Part shown: piece by piece, positions 12,265 to 26,554 of the stretch
Layout of the letters: every line of letters begins with the position of its first letter
Position numbering within the stretch: the stretch's first letter is position 1
Assembly: GCA_036172245.1 (NCBI GenBank)
Contig: JAYWIR010000037.1
Span: forward strand, 1,364,001 to 1,428,000
Reading direction: 5' to 3'
From: Raillietiella orientalis
Lineage: Eukaryota
DNA length: 64,000 nucleotides
Translations under genes and position numbers: made by a program
The notes under the pieces: model-generated
What the model was told of the DNA's origin: nothing
Seen by the model: only the letters and a program-made list of their open reading frames with translations
Database searches by the model: none

Positions 12265-15200
12265 CTGCATTTCCCAATTGGCACTACTGGAAAATGCTCC
12301 CGCCACTACCCCGAGTGCAACCTCCAGACTCTCTGCAGCTTCCCGCTTAGTGGATCCATTCGTCCGACGCAGGGTTACCGTCGTCACTCATGCTTGCACG
12401 AGAAACTTCGTTTCCACCAGCCAGCATCACCTCAGAGAGCTCTGTACTGAGCTCTCACGTCAAGAACTCGTGTAACGGTCTTCCCAGCTATGCCACGCGT
12501 ACATTCTCAACTTTTCACGCAAAAGCCCTTTGCCTTGGGACTCGGGAACGAAACATTGGAACAGTTGCATACTTCTGCACCGCTGGCATATTTTTTTTAA
12601 TTAAACACCCTTGTTTGTCTGTTGATTGCGATGCTGGTGTTCACACAATTCAATGGTTGGTGCACACCACCATTAGCTCCTTGTCTGTTTTCTGAAGTGC
12701 CTTCCCGCGCTTTCACAGCACATCATCTTTTCCATCTGCATCATGGGCTCCACCTTTTATTTCTTTCACGGCTGTTGATTAGTTTATCCAGTTCTAGTCT
12801 GATTCCAGTATAATTTGCATAAGATGAAAAGAAAAAGGTCTTTTTCGTGTTCGAAGCGAAGACCGCAGATCCTTCAAACGTTTCTTGCTCTTGCGTGAGA
12901 GCTAAATCGAGAGCTCTTGATTTTGTCGATCTTCGACCGTTGTCAAAGATTCCTTCCACGCAGCAATTCAAAAAAGGAACAGCAATTTCGTTCCCCCTTT
13001 GAACACAGTCAAGGGGAGTAGTTGGTATGAGGTTCAGGTTTCCTTGCGACACTCCCCCTATTCGCAGTAGTGTTAAGAAGAGTTTTGCTGAAAGGCATCA
13101 GATTTCTACGGTCCCTGATGAGGAGCTGATTTTAATAAAAACAGGATTATATTCACCTTCGCACTTGCTCGTTACCTTTTCAAAGAACCATGCCTTGGAG
13201 GAAACCGTTTTCGGCTCTGAGTAACACTCGGAGGAGCAGCGATTATCGACATGATTGCGGACTTTCACGCCGAAGTTGCCGAACTCCCAGCTCCAGAATT
13301 GGGGACGGAATCCAGGCAAAAGGCAAAAGGCATCTGCAAGAGGATCGATTGTTTGCTGCATCCCTTTGAATTTGTATTCAAGTCCAAAAAAGCTACGTCG
13401 CAAAAGAACTTTGGTGTTTTTCCCATGATTACTTGAGGAATTGTTCAAGAGATGATACAGTCAACTCATTTACAAAAGTTCAACCATCTAACGTTGGTTG
13501 ATTTTGCTTGTCCACTACGAGGACATTTTTTCTCTGGCGTAATAACCTGCAAATGATAAGCTTTTCTTCAAATTAAGCAGCACAACAACAAGGTTTTATA
13601 ACGCCAATTGATGAATTATAAGAATATCGCCCTGAATGTAATTCTTTAATGCTTTTGACAGAACTCTTATGAGATTAGGATTATTTGTCATCCAGAGTAT
13701 GGTTCAGAGATGATTTGCTAAAGAAACTAATTCTTTCCAATTTTATCCTGTCACAGTCATTCATTCGTATTTACCAATTATCTGGGTGAAAATGGATGAA
13801 GAGCCAAAATATGCATGCTCTTCCTCAACAGGAATCACTTTCTTTAGACAGCATCCTACTTTTGGTTCTTGAATAATACAAGACGAGCAATTGTTCGAAT
13901 AAAGGTTCCCATCTCCATCAGTGCATCCCCTTTGTATGAGTTCCTGGAACCGTTAACCGTTTTCTTATTAGTCGTATGAGCCATCTCGTAAACAGTAATG
14001 CTCAAAACGTTGGTTTGCTTGCATCTCCAATTTTGGTCTCTCCTGCCTTTTGCTACGAGCTAATAGATAGGTCATTTCTGCTGAGCCGATAAGAAGATTC
14101 AACAAGAAACAACCATGGTTCTAGTTTCTAAGATGGCAGACTCCGACAAATTTCCAATGGTGCTTTCCAAACTGGCCAACAGAAAATTGCATTCTCTTTT
14201 AAGTCATCCTTCTCTATCGCTGCAGTTTGCAATATGGAGCTTGAGACCAGTGATTTCTCTTAAAGACTGTGAAAATATATGTACTTTTCAAAGATACTCT
14301 TCTTGAGAGACACGAGCGCCCCTTATTGAAGCTGCATTTGATACTTGGTTTGATTTATTGCACTACTTTGACTTCGCTTTTGATCCAAAAACTTAGAAAA
14401 TGAGCTCAAGAATGGCACAAACATTATGTTGCTTCTTTCATCTAGCCGATAATATAAATTACATAGTTTATAGAGTGTTTGTGGACAAATACCTGGGTTT
14501 CCTAAATGCTTTCCACTACTTGGAAGAAGGGCTTTCTTCGTTCCTACATATGTCAGTTCTTTCCAGAATCTGCTCTTGCTCGTTCGCTAGAGAGTGGAGG
14601 GGCTCTTCAGCATGAAGGTGCTACCGGTACGATTTCTAGCCACAGCTTGCATTTGACTGAAAAGGAGAATTCCTGTGCTTTCCTCACGGAAATTTGCGGG
14701 GCAGAGACTCTCAGTCATGAGCGGAGCTTAGGAACACGAATGAAAAAGACTTGTAACGATCGCAGTGGTTGATTCCATCTGGTTTCCCAGATGTCTTTGT
14801 TTGCTTGATTTTCCGGTTAGCGTTTTCTTAATGACTCTCGCAATGGGGTAGTCTTTGACGTCTCTAAATCTTTGATTACACGCAGGAAGCACTCTCGAAA
14901 CAAATAGGTCACATGAGAACCGGAAACTTGTCTGTGAATCTGAGTCGCTTGTTGCATCCTTGGTCTCATGACACGTCCTTATTTGCTTTAGAATGAAAGC
15001 GAACCTCAATTCCTGGTAAAGTTCGATTTCCAGGAGATTACCAGAAAGCATCTCATCAGGAAGTGCGATCTACATTAATCCACTCTCTAATCATAATGCA
15101 CCCCTTTGTTTTTTGGACCGGTGCTGTTTCGACCATCTCCCGTTCTTGCCAAGGACGACAGTCGCGTCACTACGGGAGAGACACCACTCTCTGTGTCTCT

Positions 15201-18200
15201 GATTGCGAAGAGCGCCTCGTGTGCCTCGGATCAATGAAGTCGGAGAGCCAGTTTCCAAACGCCTGCAGATTCGGGATGCATCTCTGTGCTTCTAGCTTTG
15301 CAGGTCACTCCGCTCCTCCGTTCCATGACTCGGGATTTCCGTGATTCCTGATGCCTTCTCCTTGCATACTCAGTACATGGAATTTGTATTGCGATTCCAT
15401 ATACCAAGGAGTCAAATACTCTAGACGTTTTTTTGATTTTTTTCCCCAACCGACCCCAAAATTTATTCTGCAATTCGGGGAAGCCGGATGGACCTAGACA
15501 AACGGAGAAAAAACAGTTCAGACAAAGATGAAAGATGAAACACGTGTGCATTTACTCAAAAGACGCGTAAATTGCAGCAGCAACATCTTCAGTTTGGTGC
15601 TTCTCGCAGTCTCAGACGATCACTCGTTTAAAGCCCAATCCAAATAGCGAAATCGAATTAAATACGCGAAACGGTCTTATATTAAATAAATAGCCAAGTT
15701 TGTACCTCTTAATACGTTCGACCATTTTCCCACTGCCTTCGTGGGACTGACGAAATTATCAGCTTTTTCGGTAGCTTCTGAGAGTCCTCTCTCAAGTTAT
15801 GAAGCTCGCTTTTTTTCTCGGGAGCTTCAGCGTCTTGCTAGATGCAGAAAACAGGCTGCAAGTCTGGATTTCTCGTATATTAGATGACCTTCAATAAAAG
15901 CATGCAAAGTCAGAAAATACATTGAAAAAAAGAGACCAAAGAGTCTTTCACACAGGGCAAACGCATTTTAGAATAGCAGCGTTAGAAGAAACAAGTAGCA
16001 TTTAATTCATATGAGATAAAAAATAAATAAATATCATGTTGGCGGAGAAATTGTCAAAATGATATCCCCGTTTGTCGTTTACATCTGAATGGACAATCAG
16101 CAACCGAGTTCCATGAAAAGTATTTAGCTGAAGACGCCGAAAGACATTTCAGTCATGCAGATTATCTCTTCCACGCAATTTATCCACTTTAAGTACTAAT
16201 TAAGGTCCGCGCCTCACAGAACAAACCCCATTCTCTCAAGTTGGCATCAAGTATTCAGATGATCTCCTCCTGAAACTGGATAAATAGAAAACCTTCTGCA
16301 ATCTAAGCTGTTGGACTTTCGATGATTGATCAAATAAGGAAAAAACAATTCTAGGAAAAGATAAACAGAAAAACTCATATGTGGCATTTGTAATTATTAG
16401 TTACTCCGCAATCCATCAGATGAAAACTTATTTCTGACAAATTCATGGAATATTTCTGTCATGATAGGAAAACACGTCTATGGTGCACGAATTTATTTTT
16501 GCTCTGAAGAGCCACCAAGCGCTTAATCCACGATTCCCCTAAGTACTATTGGCTATACTGGAAATCGGTTTCGATTATCAGTTGAAATATGGATTTGGGA
16601 CGTTTTCCAGAAACCATCTATCAATTTTTACTTTTGTGTCCATAATCTCAATCCTTTCTCACCCCGTAGATCATGCAATGTACGGCGTCTGCGTTTGTGG
16701 TTTTGGTTTATGGTACGGAGACTTCAGTGTCAAGGCAGAAGTGATTAAATTATCCTCGAGATGAATCAGATGCAGCTTGTGGAGGAATGATGATTACGGT
16801 CTGTCCTCGATGGAAAGACTATGTAAAAAGCTAAATGGAACGATGGTGTTTGCTCAGATTGCTTCGAAAGCTCTCTGCATTCCTTTAATAATTATCATAC
16901 TGTGGAGAAATGGATACGGAAAATAATCAAGAGTAATCCTGAATTACGACGATAATTCAGAATCGCTTCCTGCTCCCATTTACCGTTCTTAACCGCTGTT
17001 TTCTCCAGCGATGCATCTGCATGCAGTAGCTCAGGAAATGCTTTCCAATCTCTCACCAATGGTACACGGCTCCTTAATTTCCTTATTTGAGGGTTGTCGT
17101 TGTTCAACAAGAGTGCACGGAAAAAACTGCCTTAGGCCAATCAGCTTGCCAATCCCGAAAAAAGTGGATATGCACATCATAAATCCGTGCTCCACATGCG
17201 AACAATTCTGCGGATCTTAAAAAGTCTGGGGTTCGCACTGAATGCTATAAGATCTCGATGAGAGGATTTGATCAGAACTACATTTCGTTTTCCCATGTCC
17301 ACCATGGTAGGTAAATGTGTGATTAATGCATCGCTGGAGAGTCCACTGCCATATGTATTATGCGTTCTAATGTGAACACTGTGCAAACAGGAACATTCCG
17401 CACGTTTGTGTTCAACATTCTGTATGTATTTTGAAATACACCTTCTAAAGTTGACAAGGAAAATGGCAGTTCGCGTTCCCCTTGACAGTCAGATTCTGTC
17501 GCTCTTCCTATCTCTGGAGAATCACTTCGAAAGATGATTAGGAGGCGTGACTGATGTTCACATGAGCACAAAGATATCGGACTTGAAAAACTCTTGTCGA
17601 TGCAGGCCCATAGCGAGCGGATTTGAGAACTCGTTGTTTGAAAACCCCATGTGATGGATCAAGGCGGTGAATTTTCAGGGAGAAATAGAAAGCTCGAGGT
17701 GGCGTGAAATGATTTCCTTGCTGAAAGCGATTTGCATTGGAGCGGCCGTGCAATATGGGAAACCGCAACGGCATGTGGGATTCGAAGACATGCATGGATA
17801 ATGAGCGAACAGAAATTCTCATTTCTGTCGTAACGAAATCGTTGGAGTGGAAGAACGCACCACTTAGGTATCTCACAAACTGGGATGTCTTTGTTCCGGA
17901 AAAGACTCAGGGTGGATGAAGAACGTACCGAAGTCGCCCACAATCAGCAGTGGTATTTGAATAACAAAAGGCCATGAGAAGAAATCGTCCCTGCAAGACA
18001 CAGCGGAATCAGCAGTTCTACCGGATTACAAATGGATGCAACGGAATATTCATCACATAGGCACCGATATGAGAAGGAAGGCTTTATCTCATTAGTCGTG
18101 TTCACGAGGGAACCCCACAAGAAAGTACGTTATTTCGGAGAAGGCATTTTGCTAAGAAAGATCGACAAATTCCGATAAGAATGAAAAGAATTAAAAAAAG

Positions 18201-18221
18201 AAAAAAAAAAAAAAAAAAAAA
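18201..18221 (+). repeat. poly(A) tract, about 21 nt
   Basis: Directly visible; possibly a retroposon tail. Confidence 0.9.
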
Positions 18222-21200
18222 CTCATACGAGGCACTACCAATTTAATAAACCAAAACTCCTGCTGAGCATTAGTGGAGCTTAATGATTAGGTGATTTACC
18301 AATTCCCTCTCCGAGAGGAATCATGAAAACAGAATACTCAAAATTCATGCCTAGAAGAGCGAGGGCTAAGAGATTCCAGTCGCATGAATTTTCAAAAAGA
18401 TTTCGAAAAATGGACCCAAAATCATTCAAATGAAACAAACGGCATCATGAGCAAGAGTCATAAAAATGCTCCATAGAGATATTTCATGCAGATAAGGGTG
18501 CAGCTCAAATACCCAGATTGCTACTGAATCCATAACAGTTATTATTTATAGAAATTATGGCTACAGAATCGAGGATTTCCACAAAATGCTGAAGAACCTT
18601 GCCTTACCCGTTCAAATCCCGGCATTACATGAAATCTACGACATTTTCAACATTCGTCTTGAGATACGATTCTAAAGTTCTATTCTTTCCAGGAACTCTT
18701 GCTTGTTTCGCCGCATGTAAAAAAAATTTCATGACGAGCATTTCGAAAGTTATGGACTCCAGGCGGTTAAATGCAGGGATTCTTGTTTTCCTTAAGGATC
18801 GAGGATTCTTGTGTGATGTAATTTCAAATAAATCTTCTCCAGGTTTTTTCCGAGTCATCCTCAGCATGTATCCCCGGGTTAGGTTGAATGTAATTTTCAC
18901 GTTATTCGTAAGCATTTGAGATTAGGACAATCGTCATTAGCAGTCTCTTGGCACATAGTAAGACTTTCTCGAGATTTAAGACCTTTGTGGCACATTTAAC
19001 CGAGCACAGCATGCGACGAGCCACTCGATCTTAGAAGCCATTTGACTTTCCCCGTATCGTCTGGAGTGCTAAACCATAATTATGGGATCGCGACGAGACC
19101 AACTTTCCTCGTAATTATTCCGAATCTGTTTGAGGACCGAAAATCGCCATTGCTGGATTTCGCCCGTGTGGGGAATACGCAAAGCAATTCCAAATGTGAA
19201 ACTGAAATCGAAACGAAACCTTTCGCAGGCGCACTCCACTCGAGAACTGAGAAACGGAAATTCACAATTTTACGTTGACCTTTGAATCACCTCATGTCTG
19301 AAAAGCTCCCATCGCCGATTCCCGGAGTCGTCGGCTGCAATAAAAGGTGTAGGCCGAGGAGAAACCTGTTAGAGCGAGAATGCAGCTTCCCAACCGGGAT
19401 TTCGAGAGACTAGAGTTCAACATTTCCGGAAATCTGACCTTCCCTTCTACGCCTTCTGAAGAATTTATCCTCTCATAAGGTTATAATCTTTTCCCTTCTC
19501 CTCAATGGATGCTATTTGGCCTGTGGAGATTCTCAGGGAGTGGTTCTTGTCGCCTTCTGCTTGGTTTGCTCTTGCCTCATGCGATTTGTCTTCCTCAAAT
19601 GATTGCCTATGCTCCAACAAACCTGTACTTGGCAGTGATGAAAACTTTTCTTTTGAGAGCTGATCTTCCGCATTTTAAATGCATTTTTGGAAGATCCATA
19701 CATTGCAGCTTTCGCAAGTGCTCAGACATTTTTTAAGGTCTCGATCCTTGCTATAACCGGTCGAATTCTTCCTTTTTGCCTCGAATTCAAGAATTTTTCA
19801 AAAGACGCAACATCAGTTTGCATGTTTCTTAGCGGCCTCGAATTTAGATGACGAGAATGTCCTTTCACTGTCAGATAAATTTGCATATCTTAGCAGCAGT
19901 CAATGGAAAGCAACTTTCCTCGATTCTAGGTCTTCAGCTGGCTTCTCCACCGCATCCTTGACATGTCTTTTTCATTTGCATTCCTTGAAGGTCAACCGAA
20001 ATCCCATATCTGCTGTCTCCGTTCCGAGAAGTGGTGGGGTGAATCTATTGAATATAAATCACATACGAAAGCAACGGAACAGCTGACGTATATTTGCCTT
20101 TGTTCCCAAAGCATTACGGTTACAACGCCCGGTTTCGTCTTTAGGATCCGATCAATACGGGTCATTGGGCATTCCATTCTCTTTGGCTGTATCTTCGATC
20201 TTTCTCAAGATATAGTGATACGTCCAAAATGGAATTCTGGCGCAGTTCCTGATGCCACCTTCCTCTGAATGATTCCTCCCAAGATGTCTACAGCAGGCGT
20301 CGCTTTCCTTGTATTCCCCTTTTTCTCACTTCTTGTTACAATAATATTGATGAAGAGGGCGTGGGTTTTCCTCACCATGCGATCGCATCGGGAATCTCTC
20401 TATCTTCTCCTTGAAACCATCCCACCAGGACCTCGATCCATGTGCTGCTCTTCAGCCTTGTCACCATCTTCAGAGCTGTTCAGTCTTGGTGCAGCTTTGG
20501 GCAGGTGAGCACCTGGGTTTCTTTGTCCCTACACGCTATGGAGAGCTCGTCTTGGATGCTATCAGTCCGGTGCTCACTCCTCGAGTCATCCCATGTCTGT
20601 TTTGCCACACCGCCACCTCGCACGAAGCCTGCTCCCTGAATCCTGGAAAATCGAGTGAATCCTGTTAGTACCCAGAAGGAGAGGGATTTGGAAAATTCCA
20701 TCCTTCTTTCTTCCAAGAAGGGCAAGAGGATGCAGTCAAAAGTACCATTTCACAATGGATAAGAGGAATTCCGGCGATAACTCCAGTTTGATTGGCTGGC
20801 CGATTCTGAAGCATCTTTTATGGATATTCAAAGGAAAAATATGGAGCATTTGAGTCTGCAGCAGCAGATTCTTGCAAAGCTGATTCTGGGCCCAAACTTG
20901 AGTCTTTTCGAGCTCAAGCCCAGGGAGAGATTTTTAAAAATCATCATGGAGTCCTCCGAAATTTTTAACCTGTGGAATGAAACACGGAAGTTCGGTGACT
21001 TCGAAGTGAATCATCGGAATTGAATGATAATCGGTTTGGCAATTTTCGCGGCGTTCCGATGGAAAATTTCGACTTTGAGCCGATGCATTTCCGTTTTTCC
21101 CTCCCCCCCCTCCTTTTCTCAGCAGTTCTCTCTGTGATGCAAGAGGAGTGATGCTCAGATGAATTCTTCATGAAGATAGGATCGAATGGAAAACAGAACA

Positions 21201-22589
21201 AAACACGAGCTAAACGCGAAAACATTACCCAGCTCTCAAACCAGCTGCAGGTAGTGCAGATTTATTTGCCTGTAACCATTCTAAGCGGTCTTCAGGGCCG
21301 ATCTAAGATGCAAACACTAAAAGGAAAAAATGCCGCTCTCGATGAGACTGATCTCTCAGAGTTGAATTTCTTCTTGAAATCCCGACGAATTTGAGAACAC
21401 TGAATGGCGGATTCGGAACTGGAAACCAGGATGGCCTCCTTTGCGGGGTTGAACGAGGAAAGACTCTCGCCCTGACTGGAAGAATCAGCTAAAAATTATC
21501 CTAGAAACAGTAATAAGTGTGGAATGTGCTCCACGAAAGCACTCTGCAGTCAACTAGATCCTATTCTCGGATCTCTGCAGGACATGCAAAGACCAAAAAA
21601 TCAAAACCATCCTTATTGGAAAATTTAGAAGGATAATCAGCCAAACACGGCGCTACAATCAAATGAGGAGAAAAACAAAATATAATGCGGAATGTATGCA
21701 ATCGAAAATGAGAAATTGTATTGCTAGCAGCTCCGTAGGATGTGTCTTTCGTCCGAGGTGCACCACTCAGATTGCGACCATTTTGGCTGAATTGCCTTCA
21801 GCTTCTGCAGTCCTGCTATGATCCCAGTGGGCGCGGAGGAACGACAAAACATGGCATCTTTCTCTGGTGCATGCCTGAGGACTGATGGCAGGTCGAGGTA
21901 CGCGCAGATTGTCTTGAGGAATATTTGATTCAGGAAGATTTTCGAAAATCTCGAAGACTGCAGCTTACAATAACTCCCAACTGTTGCCATTCTTTCACTG
22001 CGTTCCTGTAGCAAAATAACGAGAGCAACAAAGTTGTCCTTCAGCGTAGATCCCCAATCTTCCCTGTCTCACACAGTACTGGTGAGTTGGATGATTCCAC
22101 AGCAACCTATGCTCGTGAGTTGAAAATGCCACTTAATAAAAGTCGCGCATTAGGGACAACTAGAGATATGATTCTGCTTCTCACGCTGAGAGTTATGTAT
22201 CCAAGCATAGAACCCCCGAGAATTTGCTGTTCCTTATGCAGGTCGAAATCTCATCCCTATCCGGGAAGGAGATGACCACGAAGAAAACGCATTTGGTTGA
22301 ATCCATGGCCAATGCATGTTGATGGGAAACGCAGTCTTGCGGGCGGAATCTTAATCCATCTGATTCAGCAATTATTGATGACTTATGACGTGGGAACATC
22401 TAGTTGCCATGCTGCAGCAGTGATTGCGGCCCGAGAATGGTCCCCAATGACAAAGCTCGAAACCATTAATTCTGGTACGATTCTGAGTGGGCCAGATAGC
22501 AGCACCAGCTTTTTCTCGAAAATTTCGTATTCCAAAAAGTTGAGGTTCTCGCTAGGTTTTGCTGCTCTACAATAACATCAATGATCCAT

Positions 22590-22990
22590 CATACCAACTC
22601 CAAATGAAACAAATGCAAGTTTATCTTCTCCATGATAGGCCGCGGAATCCCTAATTTGTGAAGCCTCAGTGTAAATCCTTCGCAGAATTCCCCTAGAGTT
22701 GATCCTGATATGAGGAGATCAAGTACTTCCTCGAACTGATCTTTTTCTAGGAATTTCCACGGAAGACTCTCCAACACGATCAATATTGGTATCCTCATAG
22801 TGGTGTTCCATGACTCGGTGCCCACTGAAGAATTGTTTGCAAAATCCGCTTGACCACTCGAGAAAGGACTTTGTTCACGACCCTCTTCATACCTACTTAG
22901 GCCGCACCGTGGTGCGTCATCTGATCAACATACCAGAAAATAAAGATTCTTCTCTTTGCAGCTTTGCTTCCAACGCTGATCGAATCCTAA
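22590..22990 (-). mobile_element. Possible BEL/Pao-like integrase relic
   Basis: Across frames: MLIR..HHGAA*VG...RVVKRILQ, then LESLPW, then LHLFHLELV. Order resembles BEL/Pao LIxxxH..HxG..VKxxI, ESxPF and AVHLELV. Heavily decayed. Confidence 0.3.
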
Positions 22991-25900
22991 AGGGTGCATT
23001 AAGTCAGTAGGAGAAGCCATATTGAGCACTTGTGAAGTTGGGCTGTAATTTTCATTCATTTAGGGAATATTAATAGTTTCCTCTACAGCGGATGAGGGGA
23101 CAAAGAAAGCACTCAGGAATTCTCCTTAAATTACCACCTCTTTCATCATTTTGTGAAGTTGTCGAAAAACACAGTATGCATCTGGCGCTCTTTCAGATCA
23201 ATAGGATGGCTTCACATCGTTCGAGAGCGCCAGAACTCAATCGAGCCCAATTATCACCTCAGTCGTGACTGCGTGGAGATTTCTTTTCGTTCGCGACTGG
23301 CGGCTTTGCAGCCACCTCGATTTGAACAGTTCCGCGGCTGTGCATTTGCTTATTTGCTTTGAAAGTGTTCACGTGACCAGTGTCCAAGTGACCATCTGTT
23401 TCAACCGCGGTTCTTGGACTCCGCGTAGTGAGGCCCATTCTGTCCGCACCACATCTCCATCCGTCTCTCCACCCGAAAATCTGCGAGGACCTCTCCCTGT
23501 TTCCGAACATTGTCTCAAAGCGCCAAGCAATCCAAAATCTTCGTTCTCTCCAGCTTTCCTGTTTTCTCCAGTTCCTGACGTGCATATAATCCAAATTGCC
23601 CAAAGTTAATCCCGGTGAAATCTTTTCGAATGTAAAAGAAAATAAAGTCCAACATAGGCTTTGTTTATTATAAAATAATTGTAATCGGATAATGTCTGCG
23701 TATCGAATACCTATTGTCCAGCCAAAGCTGTTCTATCCCCCTCATACTCGACAAGCAGGCACAAGTGGCTCAGTTGGGCAAATTTCCTTTTAGGGCATCT
23801 CAAATGATGAAACCAGGCATAGGGAATTTATCGCGCTCAAAAGAGAAATCATGGTATTTTGAAATACTCCAGGGCTCAAAGTATTAAAGGATTCCAGTGA
23901 TTCTTTGGTTTTCTTGACTGCTCCCAGATAAGGGGTGTTTTATTTCACAACTGAATAGCCTCGAATGAGGATGGCAGCATTTTTCATATTTGCGGTATTC
24001 GCAATAGATGTGAATGGAAAAAAAAAAAAAAAATTGCAGCCTTTGGTCCTTTTCAAATTCCTGGTTCAGAGTTCAGACTTTAGTGGCTGGAAAATCCCCG
24101 ATGAAGAGTTGCCGCACTCGTTCATGGCAGCCTCTCTAAAGAGTCCCTTAGTAAGTCTTCTGTGTCTACTCGAGATGAGAGCGTCACTCCGCGCCTAGTA
24201 ATGTGCCAATCCAATCCGATCTGTACCTATTTGTGAGCATCGCGTTGACAACCGCCTGGAGCCAAACAGTGACTGCTTGTAGCAATCCCTTGAGGAGATG
24301 CATTCATTTCCAGTTGGTATGCTTTGAGAAACAGGCTTGATACCCATGAAATCATGTGAGCTGGTCACCAACCATCAGCAATTTAAGACAGCACCCACTG
24401 GTTTGTTTTTTCTTGTGCCCGTAAATACTGGCTGGCAAGCATCCACTGATCTTGAGCAATTAGAAATCCACCCGGCGAGCAGGCAACAAGCATGTCTTCC
24501 GGAAGCACTGAAATCAAGCAGCATGAGCAATTCCCCCGACGGCTGAAGTCTATGATCGATACCATTCGGCCATGTCGACGATCTGTGGAAAAGTTACTGG
24601 AGAAGTTTCAGCAGCGACAAAACAAACACGCATTTTTTTCAAGGACTGAACCATAATCCCTTTTAATATGCAATGGCAGACACGGATAAAAGTGTTCCAA
24701 ACATCTATGTAAACTTTATCAACCAACTCTCCTGGAGCAAACATGGTCTATCTTAATGTAGTATTCAAGAACAGTTTAATGGAAGGGAAGATTCCTAGAA
24801 TCATAAAAATAGCAGGTTTCTCTAAGATGACTGGATTCGGGGGGGGGGGTTATCTTGGGAGTTTCACATCCCAAATAACTTGATTCACGATGATGCTGAA
24901 AAAGTTAAAATGCTAATGCGGAAGAAATGTATTGAAAATGATGGTGATAGGCTGGGAAAAAGCTAATAGTTTCCTTTTATCGCGCGAGGCCCAGTTCTGT
25001 AGAAGAGACTGTATCTGCGTGTGAAAATCCTGGATGGACATTTTCCCGCAGGGGAGGCAGAGTGAGATAAGTGCAGCGGTTTAAAGTGATTCGAAAACTT
25101 TTGAAATTGCAGACAAGGCTCTCAGTCATCTGAGGGAGCATCAGCAATCACTGCACTATAGTTGCCATACACTAAGTGATATGCTTGTGTTCGTTATGTT
25201 TCTAGTGACCCTCGGTTGCGTTGGATACTGATCAGATCCGTTACATCCTTTGAAAATCATTGGTTTGCATAACCAAGGAGTTGTGAAATTCGTGTTACAT
25301 GCTACAGCATGTTAGCTTGATTGCATCCTCTAATTGGGAACATTCAGCCTGCTTACAGATGAAATTTCGTAACAGTGTGTTGTCACAATTTCATAAATCC
25401 GGGATTCACATATTTCTCAAGAAGAAATGCAAATTTCAATGTATGCAAATGATGAGTACGTTCATCAGTAGGGATGTACTCGAACATTTTACCACATTAC
25501 GTAAAGTAATTGCGTCGTAAGTGTATTTGGAGTCATGAATCACAGTAACAGAATGATCGCCGCAACAGATTTTCATGCACGATTTTGTATCACATTCTTC
25601 AGGCCACTCCCCAAGTAAATTTGATTTAAAAAAGAAAAAAAGAAGGGGGAAACTGATAATGAATCAATGGCATTTCCAGCATCAGCTTTTCGGTAGAAGC
25701 ACACCCATTGCCTCTCAAGCATCCGTGTAGTTTACTGATCTTCAGAAAGATAAACTTTTGCCTGCTGTTCCGTTTGATGGAGATGATTTTTTACCTCTGA
25801 GATGAATCTGTTGTTTTTGTTCTTGATCGTTACGTTTTCACTGGCGTTAAACGGCTTCTAGTTCCAGTGTCGTCACGTTTCAGCCACATGGCAGTTTTCA

Positions 25901-26211
25901 GTGGGTGGTTTGGACTTCATTTTCAAAAGAAACGCGCGGATTGTCCGGGCTGGGTTGGTGATTCTGGCAGCTTCATTTTAACCGCGCCACTTGGACCGCA
26001 TTGCGGGTTCATAAGTGCACGAACTGTGGACCATTTCCCTTGCAAATACATTCAGGAGTATTGGGATTTCTCTTCATCTGAGCAAGCATACAGTCGATCC
26101 AGTCTCTCGGAACCTGTTTCAAAAGGCTGGATTTATTTCGTTTCAGGTATGACTCTCTTAAACTGACCCATCGATTTCCTGTTCAGTGGGGATTCTTGCG
26201 ATTTCCGTCCT

Positions 26212-26554
26212 TCACCCCCTGACTCCCCACTGTGACGAACAGAAACACGAGTTTGCACATGTCCTTCTGGAGGACTGTTTCCATGAAAGCCATTGCGCGG
26301 CTTTTCCGAATGGGAACCTCCCACATGGATACCTCTTCGGCTGTTCGAGCTGCGGTCCACGTTTTTGCTTGTTGCACATCCCGGTTCGGCTCCGGAACCG
26401 GAAATGCAACCGAAAGAATTTCCAGCAGCAATTTCGTTCTGGAGAACCCTGCGAGCGCCCTGCTCGGCTTGGGGGATTTCCACACAGCTCGTGAGTGGTG
26501 GTCAGCGAAGCTTTTGCAATTAGGGAAACAACAACGGGGAAGCGTCCGAGGCAA
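26212..26554 (-). pseudogene. Degenerate THAP-like domain(s)
   Basis: LPRCCFPNCKS (THAP-like N-terminal C-x4-C). A second frame gives FFRLHF and GRFPFGKAAQWLSWKQSSRRTCANSCFCSSQW (RFP...W...CSxHF-like). Confidence 0.4.

Noticed and set aside
20411..20668. CLFCHTATSHEAC as a possible gag/ORF1 zinc knuckle
   Set aside because: Spacing does not fit CX2CX4HX4C and there are no other supporting motifs.
21340..21450. Minus-strand SQIRRDFKKKFN resembling a Tc1/mariner N-terminal HTH
   Set aside because: Too short; no DDD/DDE region or TIRs recognised.
23965..24015. MRMAAFFIFAVFAID (and similar hydrophobic starts at 19509, 20269, 28639) as the Side signal-peptide exon
   Set aside because: No convincing phase-1 donor, which the 38987 exon requires, was found; the candidates cannot be ranked without cDNA.
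5445..26236. 14-bp inverted match GTCACAGTGGGGAG (about 5445) / CTCCCCACTGTGAC (about 26223) containing an RSS-like CACAGTG heptamer, suggesting Transib ends
   Set aside because: Several 14-bp inverted matches are expected by chance in 64 kb; no TSD or transposase found.
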